Shown piece after piece: positions 8,440-18,686 of a stretch of DNA of 64,000 nt. The first letter of the stretch is position 1. Each line of letters begins with the position of its first letter. Position numbers and translations under genes: made by a program. The stretch is from Promethearchaeota archaeon (GTDB lineage Archaea > Asgardarchaeota > Lokiarchaeia > Sigyniarchaeales > SOKP01), in assembly GCA_048940645.1 (NCBI GenBank), contig JBHLOI010000013.1, positions 1,602-65,601 of the forward strand, given 5' to 3'. The notes below the pieces were generated by a model. The model worked only from the letters and a program-made list of their open reading frames with translations, was not told where the DNA came from and searched no databases.

Positions 8440-10551
8440 ATGAAAGTGGAACAAGCTTTATTAATTAACCCAAACTTGGGACATCCATTAATTCTAAATA
8501 TCGATCGAAGAATAAAAAACAATGAATTTCGTACAGAGATATTATTTGTGAGTAATATCTCTGAACCTAAAAATTTTGAGAAATTTTTAAGGCATAAAAT
8601 AGAACTTGTTCCAATTCTTGAATATAAGTGGAAATTAAAGAAACTACTTGAACAAGAAAAGAAAAAACGAATAGTAAAGATTGAAAAAGAAGAGAAAAAA
8701 AGTTTCTGGAAGAGATTAAAAGAGAAAATCTTTAGGAAGAAAAAAACAACGGAAGCTGCTAGAATAGATATCAGTTATAAAATAACTGATTCGAAAGGAG
8801 AAGAATTTGATATTGTAAGTAAAAAGAAAATTGATAAACTAAAGCATCGTGTGTTTCGAGGAGATAGAATTCAAGTCATTGTAATGAAAGTAGAAAAGGT
8901 TTCTCCAATAACAATAGATAACCTGAACTATGACAATTATTGTAGTCCTCAAAACTATTTAATAAAACACAAAATCTTTGATGATTTAACAGAATTTTAT
9001 AAAGTTGTTATTAATTTCTCTTTAAGTGAGGAAACAATAGACTTTTTAAAAATTCGCACTTTTCTAATGTTTGATATTGTCCATGAGAAATCTCTTGAAG
9101 AAAAGCGTATAAATCATCATTCATTAGTAATATCTAAAAATAGATGGAGAAATCTTAAATTTATTCATGCTACTGACTTACATTTAGCAGAACGTAATGA
9201 TAGAATTTATGGAATTGTAAAAGATTGGCTCTCAGTTTTTCGGCAGGAAAAATTGGTTCAATTTGCCCAACAAGGATTAAAAACACTTTCTTTTTTTGGA
9301 CGTTTGTTTAAGAGAAAAGAACCATCTAAACCTTCAACATTACAACCACTAAATAAACGATTTATTAATCCTAACAATAATTTTAGGAAATTCATAAAGG
9401 AGATGAACAAGAGCGTTTTAAATAATCAATTAGATTTCATAGTAATAACTGGGGATTTAGTCGATTTTGCCTTGTTCTCTAAATTGCCAAGAGATATAAA
9501 AAAAGCTTTAAACTTTGATTATGAGTATAGTAATTGGAAGATATTTAAAGAATTAATTTTGAATTTACCTCAAAAAAAAAGGAGAGGGATGCTTAAAGGA
9601 CAAGAATTAATCTGTCCGATTTTTACTCTACCCGGAAATCATGATTTTCGACCATATCACTATGATCTTCGATGGGGAAGTTTATATAGAAAAATTGGTT
9701 TGAATGCTGATGAGGCTATAGCTTTAAATGATGAATTATTAGCTAATCCCATAAGTTCAATTACCAAAAGCTTTATGGCATTAAAGGGATATTTATCAGA
9801 ATTTAATCCTTCATTAGATTACTCAATTAAATTTGGAGCACATCAATTCATATTTTTAAATTCAGGTTCTGATTCTTTCAAGAATGTGCGAGATTTTCTA
9901 TTGGGACGCCCATCTGTAACAGGCCTTTCAAATAGACAAATAAAATATTTAGAAAATTTGATAAACTTTAAAAAGTTCGCTGGAGATAATACTTATTTAT
10001 TTCTACATGGTCCACCAATTAATCCTCGAAAGAGTGCGAGTATTTTTAAAAAGTTTGGCCAGAAAGATATTTTTAAAGAATTTTTAGATAAAGTAGATGT
10101 TTTTAAAGAAACATTGATCAAAGAATTGGGTAAGAAATTATCGGTTGCTAGGATTGACGGTAAATTTGATGTTAAGTTCGGTACAATCTCCTCTAATTGG
10201 GAAAAGATTATTGAATTTTGTAAAGATCATTGTATTCTTACTCTTACTGGTCACACCCATGAATTAAAAGAATTCAGATTGGGGGACCCAAAAGGAGAAA
10301 AGTCAAAAGTATTTACAGCTCCTCCCTTTAGTTTGAAAAAGTTAGAAAATCCTGCCGCTGTATATTATGATCTTTATTCAGAACTTTATACAAATGCTAA
10401 AGAAATTGCTCAAAATACACCATTTGTTGTACAAACTCCTGCTTTAGGATTAGGAGGTTACCGTAACCCTAAATTAGCAGGTGGTTATCGTGAAATAGAA
10501 ATAAGAAAAAACAGATTAGCATCATTCAAAGTAAAGTTTTTAAGGCGCTAA
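8440..10551 (+). CDS. Large calcineurin-like metallophosphoesterase with basic N-terminal extension
   Basis: Five metal motifs in order: HATDLH, ITGDLVD, PGNHD, FLHGP, LTGHTH. Confidence 0.8.
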   Translation: MKVEQALLINPNLGHPLILNIDRRIKNNEFRTEILFVSNISEPKNFEKFLRHKIELVPILEYKWKLKKLLEQEKKKRIVKIEKEEKKSFWKRLKEKIFRKKKTTEAARIDISYKITDSKGEEFDIVSKKKIDKLKHRVFRGDRIQVIVMKVEKVSPITIDNLNYDNYCSPQNYLIKHKIFDDLTEFYKVVINFSLSEETIDFLKIRTFLMFDIVHEKSLEEKRINHHSLVISKNRWRNLKFIHATDLHLAERNDRIYGIVKDWLSVFRQEKLVQFAQQGLKTLSFFGRLFKRKEPSKPSTLQPLNKRFINPNNNFRKFIKEMNKSVLNNQLDFIVITGDLVDFALFSKLPRDIKKALNFDYEYSNWKIFKELILNLPQKKRRGMLKGQELICPIFTLPGNHDFRPYHYDLRWGSLYRKIGLNADEAIALNDELLANPISSITKSFMALKGYLSEFNPSLDYSIKFGAHQFIFLNSGSDSFKNVRDFLLGRPSVTGLSNRQIKYLENLINFKKFAGDNTYLFLHGPPINPRKSASIFKKFGQKDIFKEFLDKVDVFKETLIKELGKKLSVARIDGKFDVKFGTISSNWEKIIEFCKDHCILTLTGHTHELKEFRLGDPKGEKSKVFTAPPFSLKKLENPAAVYYDLYSELYTNAKEIAQNTPFVVQTPALGLGGYRNPKLAGGYREIEIRKNRLASFKVKFLRR

Positions 10552-10649
10552 ATTCAACTTAAAAGGCTCTAACATTAATTAACTTCATATATTTAGTAAT
10601 TAACAAAATAAAAAGAAGATCTAAAGTTAATTATGTTAGAAATTGAATC

Positions 10650-12137
10650 TTAATGAAAAGTTGGCCTTCCTTTTTTATGAATTGCCATCCCAAATACATC
10701 TTCTGCCCCTTCTAATACCATTTCCGATATTGTAGGATGGCTGTGTATAGTTTCTCCAAGATCATGCACAGTTAAGCCATGGTGCATAGCTACAGCGATT
10801 TCAGAGATCAATTCAGGAGCTTCCGTTCCTATACATGAAGCACCAATTATTTTATGAGTTTTTTTGTCTGCCAATATCATGATAAAACCATCTTCTTCAC
10901 CCATACATTTGGCTTTACCTAATGACATATATGGAAATCTTCCCATTGCAACCTCAATTTCTAGAGCTTTTGCCTGATTTCTTCTTAATCCTACAGACCC
11001 GATATTGGGATTCGTAAAAATAGTTGCTGGTATTACATTATAATCTGTTGTCCTTTCCTTGACTGGAAAGTTACCAATACTAGCCAACGCATTAGCAACT
11101 GCTACATCTCCCATATAACTTGCAACATGAGCTAACATTGGAGCCCCTGAAGCTGCAACATCACCAATTGCATAAATACCTTTCACCTCAGTTTCGGTTG
11201 TTTTAGTATCAATTTTAATTGCTCCTCTTTCGGTTACAACTCCAAGTTCTTCAAGCCCAAGGTTTTTAGATTCTCTTGCTCGACCTATTGACACTAAACA
11301 ATAATCGGCCTCATAGTAGAATTTTTCAGCACTTTCAACTTGATCTCTTGGAACATCTGCGGAACATGTAGTTGCTTTTACTCCCGACCCAGTATTCTCT
11401 ACCGATAAAACATTTTGAGATATATGTAATTCTATCCCTAAACTAGTTATTTTCTTTTGAAGTTCTTTTATAATTAAATTTTCCTCTGTAGCAATCGGCA
11501 TTGAGAGATACTCTAACATAACAACTTTAGAACCAAACGTTGCGAAAATATTAGCAAATTCACATCCAATAACTCCAGCACCTATAATGAGTAAACGTTC
11601 AGGTACAGTTTTAAAATTAGGATCGAGTATATCATCACTAGTTAAAATTCTATCATGATCAATATTAAAAGCTGGAATCATAGCAGGGGAAGAACCGGTA
11701 GCAATTATTACTCTTTTTGCCTTAATAATATTCATCTCATCCCCTTCTATTGAGATTTTAAAACCATCATTTACATTTCCCCCAATTATTTTTCCATGAC
11801 CAAAAAATACATCATTTTTCCAAGCTTTTTCCAATGCACCTATACCTTGTACAAGTTCTTGTACAACTTTATTTTTACGATCAACAGCTTTAGCAAAATT
11901 TAATTTAAGTTCGCAAGAGACTCCAAATTCTTCTCCATTTTCCTTTATTTTATGTATCAAGTCTGCTGATGCGTAAAGAGCTTTTGTTGGAATGCAACCC
12001 CAATTCAAACAAGTTCCTCCTAGTTTTGCTTTCTCAATTAAAGCTACCTTCGCTCCGAATTGTGCAGCTCTAATTGCTGAATGATATCCTCCAGGACCAG
12101 CACCAATAACTACCAGATCATATTGTTGTTTAGACAT
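10650..12137 (-). CDS. lpdA: Dihydrolipoyl dehydrogenase
   Basis: GAGPGG FAD motif, GGTCLNWGCIPTK redox disulfide, GAGVIGCE NAD motif, HSHPTISE. Confidence 0.93.
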   Translation of the reverse strand: MSKQQYDLVVIGAGPGGYHSAIRAAQFGAKVALIEKAKLGGTCLNWGCIPTKALYASADLIHKIKENGEEFGVSCELKLNFAKAVDRKNKVVQELVQGIGALEKAWKNDVFFGHGKIIGGNVNDGFKISIEGDEMNIIKAKRVIIATGSSPAMIPAFNIDHDRILTSDDILDPNFKTVPERLLIIGAGVIGCEFANIFATFGSKVVMLEYLSMPIATEENLIIKELQKKITSLGIELHISQNVLSVENTGSGVKATTCSADVPRDQVESAEKFYYEADYCLVSIGRARESKNLGLEELGVVTERGAIKIDTKTTETEVKGIYAIGDVAASGAPMLAHVASYMGDVAVANALASIGNFPVKERTTDYNVIPATIFTNPNIGSVGLRRNQAKALEIEVAMGRFPYMSLGKAKCMGEEDGFIMILADKKTHKIIGASCIGTEAPELISEIAVAMHHGLTVHDLGETIHSHPTISEMVLEGAEDVFGMAIHKKGRPTFH

Positions 12138-12374
12138 AATACCTTCAATATTATTTCATAAAAGAAGTTAATAATATGTTGAATAAGTAAATAAATCAAA
12201 AAATATTAAATTTATTAAATAAAAATTTATTGCTAAATGATCAAATAGAGTAAAACCAGTTAAACCTTTTATTGAAATCGTTAAAGAATGAATAAGGAAT
12301 GATAGAACTCAAATATTATTTACATAAAATTATGATTAAAATTTTACACTAATAACTTTTACAAGAGTAATATT

Positions 12375-13784
12375 ATGTTTGTTAAAAATACTTCTCAATT
12401 ACTTTCGGTGAATAGTTATAAATCACAGAAATTCTTAAGAGAAATAGGATTAAATTGCCTTGAAAAAGCTTTAAGTGCGGTTAAACCAGAAAATTTAATG
12501 AAAAAATCAATTAAAATTCAGGATGATAAATTAATTATTAAAGATGATGTTTTTAACTTAAAAGACTATAATAAAATATATATTATTGGAGGAGGTAAAG
12601 CTTCGGCAGAAATGGCCTATACATTGGAAGAAATTATTTTAAATTCACCTATTAGTTATGAGGGAATAATAAACGTTCCTGAAGGTTTAGAGACAAAACA
12701 TTCTGAGACTACAAAAAAAATAAAGTTAAATTTTGCTACACATCCTATTCCTAATGAAAATGGTTTAAATGGAATTAAGAAGATGTTAGAAATTATTGAG
12801 AGATCTTCTAAAAAAGACTTAATTATATGTTTAATTTCTGGTGGAGGATCAGCACTTTTACCTTTACCAAAAAACGGTATTACTTTAAGAGATTTGCAAC
12901 AAATCAATTCATTACTGTTAAGATCAAGCGTATCTATACATGAAATAAATATAGTAAGAAAACATTTATCTGATTTTAAAGGGGGCAACCTCGCCAAGAT
13001 AATATTCAATTACAGTAGAGCTACTTTGATTTCACTAATAATATCAGATGTTGTTGATGATAATTTAGATTCTATAGCTTCTGGTCCAACTGTACCAGAT
13101 AAGAGCACATTTAAAGATGCTGTAGAAATATTAAAAAAATATAATCTTTATCAGAAAGTACCAGATTCAGTAAGAAAAGTATTGGATAAAGGACTTATCG
13201 ATAAAAATCTAGAAAATCCAAAACTTAACGATAAATGTTTTACTAATGTTCATAACTATTTAATTGGAAGTGTGAAAGTAGCTGTTAATGAAATAATCGC
13301 TTATCTTAAACATGAATTTCTTACTAATTACTTCTCTGATAAGATTACTGGGGACGCAAATGAATTTGGGAGGAATCTTCACAAGATCATATCTGAAGAA
13401 ATAAAAAAATATAAAAACATAAAAAAGGGGATCTCATTAATTGGTACCGGCGAACTTACGGTATCCGTTAGAGGAGATGGTATTGGTGGGAGAAATCAAC
13501 AGGCATTATTAAGTTTTCTTGACTTTATAAGAAATAAAGAAATTAATTATAAGTTTCTAATTATTGGAGCTAATCTCGATGGTATAGAGGGAAATAGTCT
13601 AGCAATGGGTGCATTAATTGACAATTTTACATTAGAAAAAATTATTAACAAAAATCTAAACTCAAAAAAGTATTTAGATAATAATGATTCAAATTCAATA
13701 TTTAAAATCCTCAAATCTGAGATAGTTACTGGTCCAACCGGGGCAAATGTTAATGATTTAATCATAGTTTTACTTTTAATTTAA
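12375..13784 (+). CDS. Glycerate 2-kinase, MOFRL family
   Basis: GGGKAS, HPIP, LISGGGSALL, ISDV...IASGPT, GGRNQ, TGPTGANVND. Confidence 0.9.
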   Translation: MFVKNTSQLLSVNSYKSQKFLREIGLNCLEKALSAVKPENLMKKSIKIQDDKLIIKDDVFNLKDYNKIYIIGGGKASAEMAYTLEEIILNSPISYEGIINVPEGLETKHSETTKKIKLNFATHPIPNENGLNGIKKMLEIIERSSKKDLIICLISGGGSALLPLPKNGITLRDLQQINSLLLRSSVSIHEINIVRKHLSDFKGGNLAKIIFNYSRATLISLIISDVVDDNLDSIASGPTVPDKSTFKDAVEILKKYNLYQKVPDSVRKVLDKGLIDKNLENPKLNDKCFTNVHNYLIGSVKVAVNEIIAYLKHEFLTNYFSDKITGDANEFGRNLHKIISEEIKKYKNIKKGISLIGTGELTVSVRGDGIGGRNQQALLSFLDFIRNKEINYKFLIIGANLDGIEGNSLAMGALIDNFTLEKIINKNLNSKKYLDNNDSNSIFKILKSEIVTGPTGANVNDLIIVLLLI

Positions 13785-13821
13785 TTGCTAATTTAAAAGT
13801 TTGATTAAAATAGATTAAATA

Positions 13822-14025
13822 ATGAAACAAAATAAAAAGGATTTGGATATTAACAGAATTGGAAATAGTTTAATAAGAACTTGTCCTGTATGTGGTTTCA
13901 GTTTTAGAACTTTTGATCCAAAAACCAGGAGAAAAATTACTTTATGTCCGATGTGTGGGCATAAGTTTATAGAACCAGATATTTCTCCACATGATAATGA
14001 CAAATTGAACAAGAAATTTTTTTAG
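13822..14025 (+). CDS. Small CPxCG zinc-ribbon protein
   Basis: Two knuckles, CPVCG and CPMCG, in 67 aa. Confidence 0.7.
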   Translation: MKQNKKDLDINRIGNSLIRTCPVCGFSFRTFDPKTRRKITLCPMCGHKFIEPDISPHDNDKLNKKFF

Positions 14026-14227
14026 AATGCGTTAATAAAGTTAAAATAATTAATAAAAATCACAAGGATTTCCCAAAATTGTAAAATCACTTTTCGATTA
14101 ACTTTTTGTTGAAATGAAAAAATATATTTAACTATCGTGTTTATATTTATTTTACTAATCAATATTTATCAATCCATAAATAAATTAGGATCAATTAACA
14201 AAAATGTATAAATAAATGTGATTTAGA

Positions 14228-16384
14228 ATGGCACGTAAGAAAGAAAAGAAAACACGAGCAGCACCTCGAATGGGTTGGGATGCAACAGAAGTAGATGAAG
14301 CAAAAGTAGCGGAAGGTTTAAAAAGAACTGAAATGGATGATGGAAAAGTTAGATTAGTGGATAGAGATATTTCTACTCCTGTTATAGAAACTTATGATGC
14401 GGATACGGGTGAACTTGAGGGTTCAATCCTGTTAAAAGATGGAAATCGAGAGGGTTTATTAGCACTTGTTAAAATCGTAGAAGATGTAAATTCAGAGATA
14501 GATCACGATGGAAATATCAAATCTATTAACTTTCAAGGGAAATTTAGTGTAGAAAATCCCAGTAAAAAGGATAGATTATGGGATATAGATTTAGCATTAA
14601 AAAATATTGAAAGTACTAATTTAAAAACAAATGAAATAAAAATACAAGAATTAGGCACTGATCCAGATACAAATGTTGAGTCGGAAGATTTTTTGCTTAA
14701 AGGGCAAGCTAAAAATCTTTTACTAATCAAAGAATATGTCAACACACTCGCTAATGCTGATGACGTGTTGAATATCAGAGATATTGAAGATGATTTAATT
14801 AGATTAAAAGATAAAACAGCTAAAGCAGGTTCTGCCGTAAAAAAATCCAAGGTTGAGGAAGAAGAAGAGGAGGAAGAAGAGGAAGAAGAAGAGGAGGAAG
14901 AAGAGGAAGATGATAATGATGTTTACGATGTTGCTTCTGGACGTTCATTACAATCTTTTGGAATTTCTATTGACAAAGAAAACACTGTTACTTTTGCTAT
15001 TGCTCTAAGAAGTTTATTCGAAAAACCAATCTCTAATGTAAAAGTTGTAAAAAATATTCCAGATGAATTTACAAATGCTTCAGTCAGAGAAACCACGATG
15101 GGAAAGGGGGAAATCGAAGGAAATAAGGTAATATGGAGAATTGAGAAATTACCCCCAGAGACTACAGTTTTATTAAAGTGTACATGTAGTATAAAGGTCA
15201 CTGATATTACTAAAAGAAAGACTGGTACAATAGAAGTAACATATGAAGGGTCTTCTTCATTTGCAGGAGGTTTGGCCGTTGATAAGTATGATGCTTATAC
15301 AAGAAATAAATTTTATGTTGATACAGTCGAAAGAGATGAAGAACCAGAAGTTTGGGACTGTAAGTTAGTATTTGAAAATCCTTCTGAATTTGTTATTCAA
15401 TTGTTTAATGCCGATGTTTATTCTCCTGAGGATGAAACCAAAAAGTATGTAGATATAGATCCAAGAGATGTGCCGCTTTTACCTGCAGGGGCACAATGGC
15501 ATTCTAGAAAATGGAGATATGAATCTGAAGAATATCCTGCATTCAGAAAGAAACTTGAATTTAGAGTTATGCCAGATTTTCAGACAGTGGTTAATGGTAC
15601 AATTTCTATATCAGATGTGATTTTAGAAATTGCTAGTATTACAGGAGATATGACCTATGATATCACTCAAGTACCTACTTATAAAGAAAAGGATATCGTT
15701 GCTACCTTAAAGATAGTAAATAATGGTTCTGCACCATTAGATCAAGTTGTTGTTACCCACCAATATTTTACCAATGAATTTCAACCACCCAAAGCTGACG
15801 AAATTACCATGATTTGGGATAAAGAGGAACTTGAAGTACCATCTGGAGCTGTTAATTTTGATGGTAGTGTGTTTAAACTTCAATTAAAAGACCTGAGAAA
15901 TTCTGATACAGGGATGTTCAAACCGGATTCAACTATAGAATTCAAATACCCTATTCATTGTATAAACCCTGTTCAAGATTCGACTTTTGAATCTCAAATT
16001 ATTTTTAATGCTAATACATTTCCAATTTCTCAAGAATTAGAGTTTATGCCAGAAGTACCTATTGTTGAAGCTCTGCATTTGAGAAGGAAATTCAGAATCG
16101 GAAAAGAAGTTGTACCTATTGGTGATTTAGGAACTTACAGAATAGTTTTAATTGTTGAGAATATCGGTACTGCCCCTCTTCAAAATTTAATCTTGATGGA
16201 TAAAGTACCAGATTCTTTTGAATATGGAACATACAGCGAGAAACCTGAGATAACAGACGAAGTTGGAGAGGATACACTTAAATGGAGCATAGATTTACTA
16301 AGTGCTGGAGAAAAATTAGAAATAACTTATGAGATAAATGGTCTGGGTGAATACAGCCCTTCAGACGCGCAATTAGGATTATAA
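14228..16384 (+). CDS. Cytoplasmic acidic beta-sandwich protein with a mu-homology-domain-like N-terminal half and C-terminal Ig/DUF11-like domains
   Basis: No signal peptide or TM segment. VKIVEDVNSEIDHDGNIKSINFQGKFSV, IALRSLFEKPISNVKVVKNIP...TTMGKGEIEGNKVIWRIEKLPP and TIEVTYEGSSSFAGGLAV resemble, in order, blocks of AP-mu/delta-COP as recalled from memory. C-terminus has VENIGTAPLQNLILMDKVPDSFEY...LKWSI. Confidence 0.6.
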   Translation: MARKKEKKTRAAPRMGWDATEVDEAKVAEGLKRTEMDDGKVRLVDRDISTPVIETYDADTGELEGSILLKDGNREGLLALVKIVEDVNSEIDHDGNIKSINFQGKFSVENPSKKDRLWDIDLALKNIESTNLKTNEIKIQELGTDPDTNVESEDFLLKGQAKNLLLIKEYVNTLANADDVLNIRDIEDDLIRLKDKTAKAGSAVKKSKVEEEEEEEEEEEEEEEEEEDDNDVYDVASGRSLQSFGISIDKENTVTFAIALRSLFEKPISNVKVVKNIPDEFTNASVRETTMGKGEIEGNKVIWRIEKLPPETTVLLKCTCSIKVTDITKRKTGTIEVTYEGSSSFAGGLAVDKYDAYTRNKFYVDTVERDEEPEVWDCKLVFENPSEFVIQLFNADVYSPEDETKKYVDIDPRDVPLLPAGAQWHSRKWRYESEEYPAFRKKLEFRVMPDFQTVVNGTISISDVILEIASITGDMTYDITQVPTYKEKDIVATLKIVNNGSAPLDQVVVTHQYFTNEFQPPKADEITMIWDKEELEVPSGAVNFDGSVFKLQLKDLRNSDTGMFKPDSTIEFKYPIHCINPVQDSTFESQIIFNANTFPISQELEFMPEVPIVEALHLRRKFRIGKEVVPIGDLGTYRIVLIVENIGTAPLQNLILMDKVPDSFEYGTYSEKPEITDEVGEDTLKWSIDLLSAGEKLEITYEINGLGEYSPSDAQLGL
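14855..14908 (+). repeat. Coding GAR repeat (18 x Glu) containing a 24-nt tandem duplication
   Basis: GAGGAAGAAGAAGAGGAGGAAGAA occurs at 14855-14878 and 14879-14902. Confidence 0.9.
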
Positions 16385-16554
16385 TTTTTTTTATAATACT
16401 AAATTTTTTTTATATTAATCAATTTTTTTTATAATATTTTTAAGAACATGACTATTAAATAGATTTAAAATACCTTAATTTAATTATTATTTTGATATTA
16501 TATACTTTCATGTTAAATTATACTTCATAATTCTATCTAGCTTAATATTCTAAA

Positions 16555-18234
16555 ATGTCATCTCTAAAGAAAAAATTTAATTTAAACTGGATGTTTGAGG
16601 CACCTGAAGCAGTTTTAACATGCTCAACTCTAAAATGTGGTGATAACTGCTATTTAGTTTTTGGAGGGCATGATAAGACTTTATACTTGATGAATGAAGA
16701 ATTAAACATCCTTGATAGTATTAGTTTTGATGGATGGGTACGAACAACCTTTCCAATCGATCTCACTGGTGATGGGTGCCAAGAAGTCTTAGTGGGTGCA
16801 GGTGACGGTAATTTCTTAGTTGTAAAGTTTGTGAAAGGAATCAATAAGTTAGCTGGAATAATGAATTTTAAGACCAAGGGTAAAGTTTTATGTGTTAGTG
16901 CAGGTGATTTTACTAGAGATGGGAATAATGAGTTGATATATGGCGGAGAAGATAAAACACTTAAAATATTTAAAAATATAGACTCAAAAGAACCAGATTT
17001 TATATTTTATTATGATTCTTGGGTAACTTCTTGCACTTTAGGTTACTTAAAGCTACCAGATATAAAGAATCCCATATATGGCTTATTGGTTGGAACTAAA
17101 AATGGTTTACTTCAATTAATTCAATCAAAAGAGGGTAAACCAGATATAATTTGGCAAAAAAATTTAGGTTCCCAAATAAATACCCTGGCAATTGGGGATG
17201 TTACTAATGATGGTTATTATGAAATAGTTGTAGGTTCAGATGATTCTTATATAAAAATTCTCAATAGTGAAGGAGAGAGTTTAAAAGAGATAAAACTTGA
17301 AGTGGGTCGTCCAATATCATTAAAAATTGTGGATATTGATGAGGATAACGCAAAGGAAATTATTGTTGGATCTGCTGATGGATCTTTGAGAGTTTATCAT
17401 AACACAAAAATGAATTCTACAGACATTGAGCTAAAATGGAAGACTTCAACATCAACCTCAGTTAAAGTAGTATCAACAATGACAGATACTAAAGAAGGCT
17501 TAACAAATATAGTTTTTGGTGGTTATGATAGAAGTCTTAGATGTGTATCTGATTTTGAATGTGGTGAAAAACCTGTTTTAGAAATTCCATATAATATTGT
17601 AGTAGCTGAAACAAAAACAGAATTAGCAGAGAAACTTCCTGAGAAAACCGTCAAGTTGGAAACTGTCCCTACTAATATTAGAGAATACATATTTAAAGAT
17701 TTAATAGATAAAAAAATAATTCAAGAGATTGCTCTTGACTTAGAAAAGCGAGGCTATCTTAAGGATAGAGTTATTGAAGAATTTGAAAGGATGATTACAG
17801 AAAAACAAGACCAATTTGAAAAAATTACTTACTCAATATGGACTTTACCTAAAGATAAAATCGGATTAGGTGGTGCTGTTGGGGCTCCGGTTAAAAAACG
17901 TAAAAAAATAAAACCTGTGGTAATAGAGCAAGAGGTTGAGATGGCAAAAGGAGGTGCTTTAATTGATGCCTTAACAAAAGAAAATGAAAAGGAAATTATA
18001 GAGACAAAAAGAACACCACAAGGAACTATAACTGAGGAAAATTTAAGGACAATAATTATTCATCATTTAGAAAAGAATAGAATTGTATCATCCAAAACTA
18101 AATTAGTAGATGATATCGTTATTTTAGGTTATAATCAGGATTTAGTGGAAAAGCAGATTGAAATTTTAAAAGATGAGGGTATTATTGCTTATTCTCGGAC
18201 TGACCCGAAAGGATGGTACCTAATGAACTATTAA
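16555..18234 (+). CDS. FG-GAP/WD40-like beta-propeller protein with C-terminal winged-helix-like domain
   Basis: Four DxxxDG/NxxE(I/L/V)xxGxxD blades (DLTGDGCQEVLVGAGD, DFTRDGNNELIYGGED, DVTNDGYYEIVVGSDD, DIDEDNAKEIIVGSAD) plus GGHDKTL and GGYDRSL blades. No signal peptide. Ends VEKQIEILKDEGIIAYSRTDPKGWYL. Confidence 0.7.
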   Translation: MSSLKKKFNLNWMFEAPEAVLTCSTLKCGDNCYLVFGGHDKTLYLMNEELNILDSISFDGWVRTTFPIDLTGDGCQEVLVGAGDGNFLVVKFVKGINKLAGIMNFKTKGKVLCVSAGDFTRDGNNELIYGGEDKTLKIFKNIDSKEPDFIFYYDSWVTSCTLGYLKLPDIKNPIYGLLVGTKNGLLQLIQSKEGKPDIIWQKNLGSQINTLAIGDVTNDGYYEIVVGSDDSYIKILNSEGESLKEIKLEVGRPISLKIVDIDEDNAKEIIVGSADGSLRVYHNTKMNSTDIELKWKTSTSTSVKVVSTMTDTKEGLTNIVFGGYDRSLRCVSDFECGEKPVLEIPYNIVVAETKTELAEKLPEKTVKLETVPTNIREYIFKDLIDKKIIQEIALDLEKRGYLKDRVIEEFERMITEKQDQFEKITYSIWTLPKDKIGLGGAVGAPVKKRKKIKPVVIEQEVEMAKGGALIDALTKENEKEIIETKRTPQGTITEENLRTIIIHHLEKNRIVSSKTKLVDDIVILGYNQDLVEKQIEILKDEGIIAYSRTDPKGWYLMNY

Positions 18235-18236
18235 AT

Positions 18237-18686
18237 TTAAATAAAGAAGTTTTCAATCTCTTGCTTAAAAGGATCAAATTGATCTAGTTCAGTAAAATCT
18301 CTATATTGAAACCTAGAAATAAATAATTGTAAAATTACTTCAACTTTTTCTAAAAACTTTTTAACAAATTTATCTGTGTCTTTCTTCTTTTTATCTGTTA
18401 AGCCATACAGAATTATAGGTTCCTCTAAATTACTATCAGATGATTTGATTTTAGAAGTCTTAAAGATAAATAAAGTGTTTTTTGATTCAAGATATTCTAA
18501 GGAAAGATTATTGAAAGCACTTTCAGCAAAGGAAGTAATCGCTGAAATGAATGCTCCCCTTAAATCCTTGGTTTTTTTATTTTGGTCTCTTAAATGTCTA
18601 AATTTATGCTTTACTAATACAAAGCCTCTAAAGACGATTCCCAATTCATATAATTCTTTCATCATTATCTGAATGGATTGATCCAA
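18237..18686 (-). CDS. Longin-like domain protein
   Basis: Beta-beta-alpha-beta-beta-beta-alpha-alpha pattern: ELGIVFRGFVLV, DLRGAFISAITSFAE, LEYLE...FIFK...ILYG, LQLFISRF...QFDPFKQEI. Confidence 0.7.
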   Translation of the reverse strand: MDQSIQIMMKELYELGIVFRGFVLVKHKFRHLRDQNKKTKDLRGAFISAITSFAESAFNNLSLEYLESKNTLFIFKTSKIKSSDSNLEEPIILYGLTDKKKKDTDKFVKKFLEKVEVILQLFISRFQYRDFTELDQFDPFKQEIENFFI

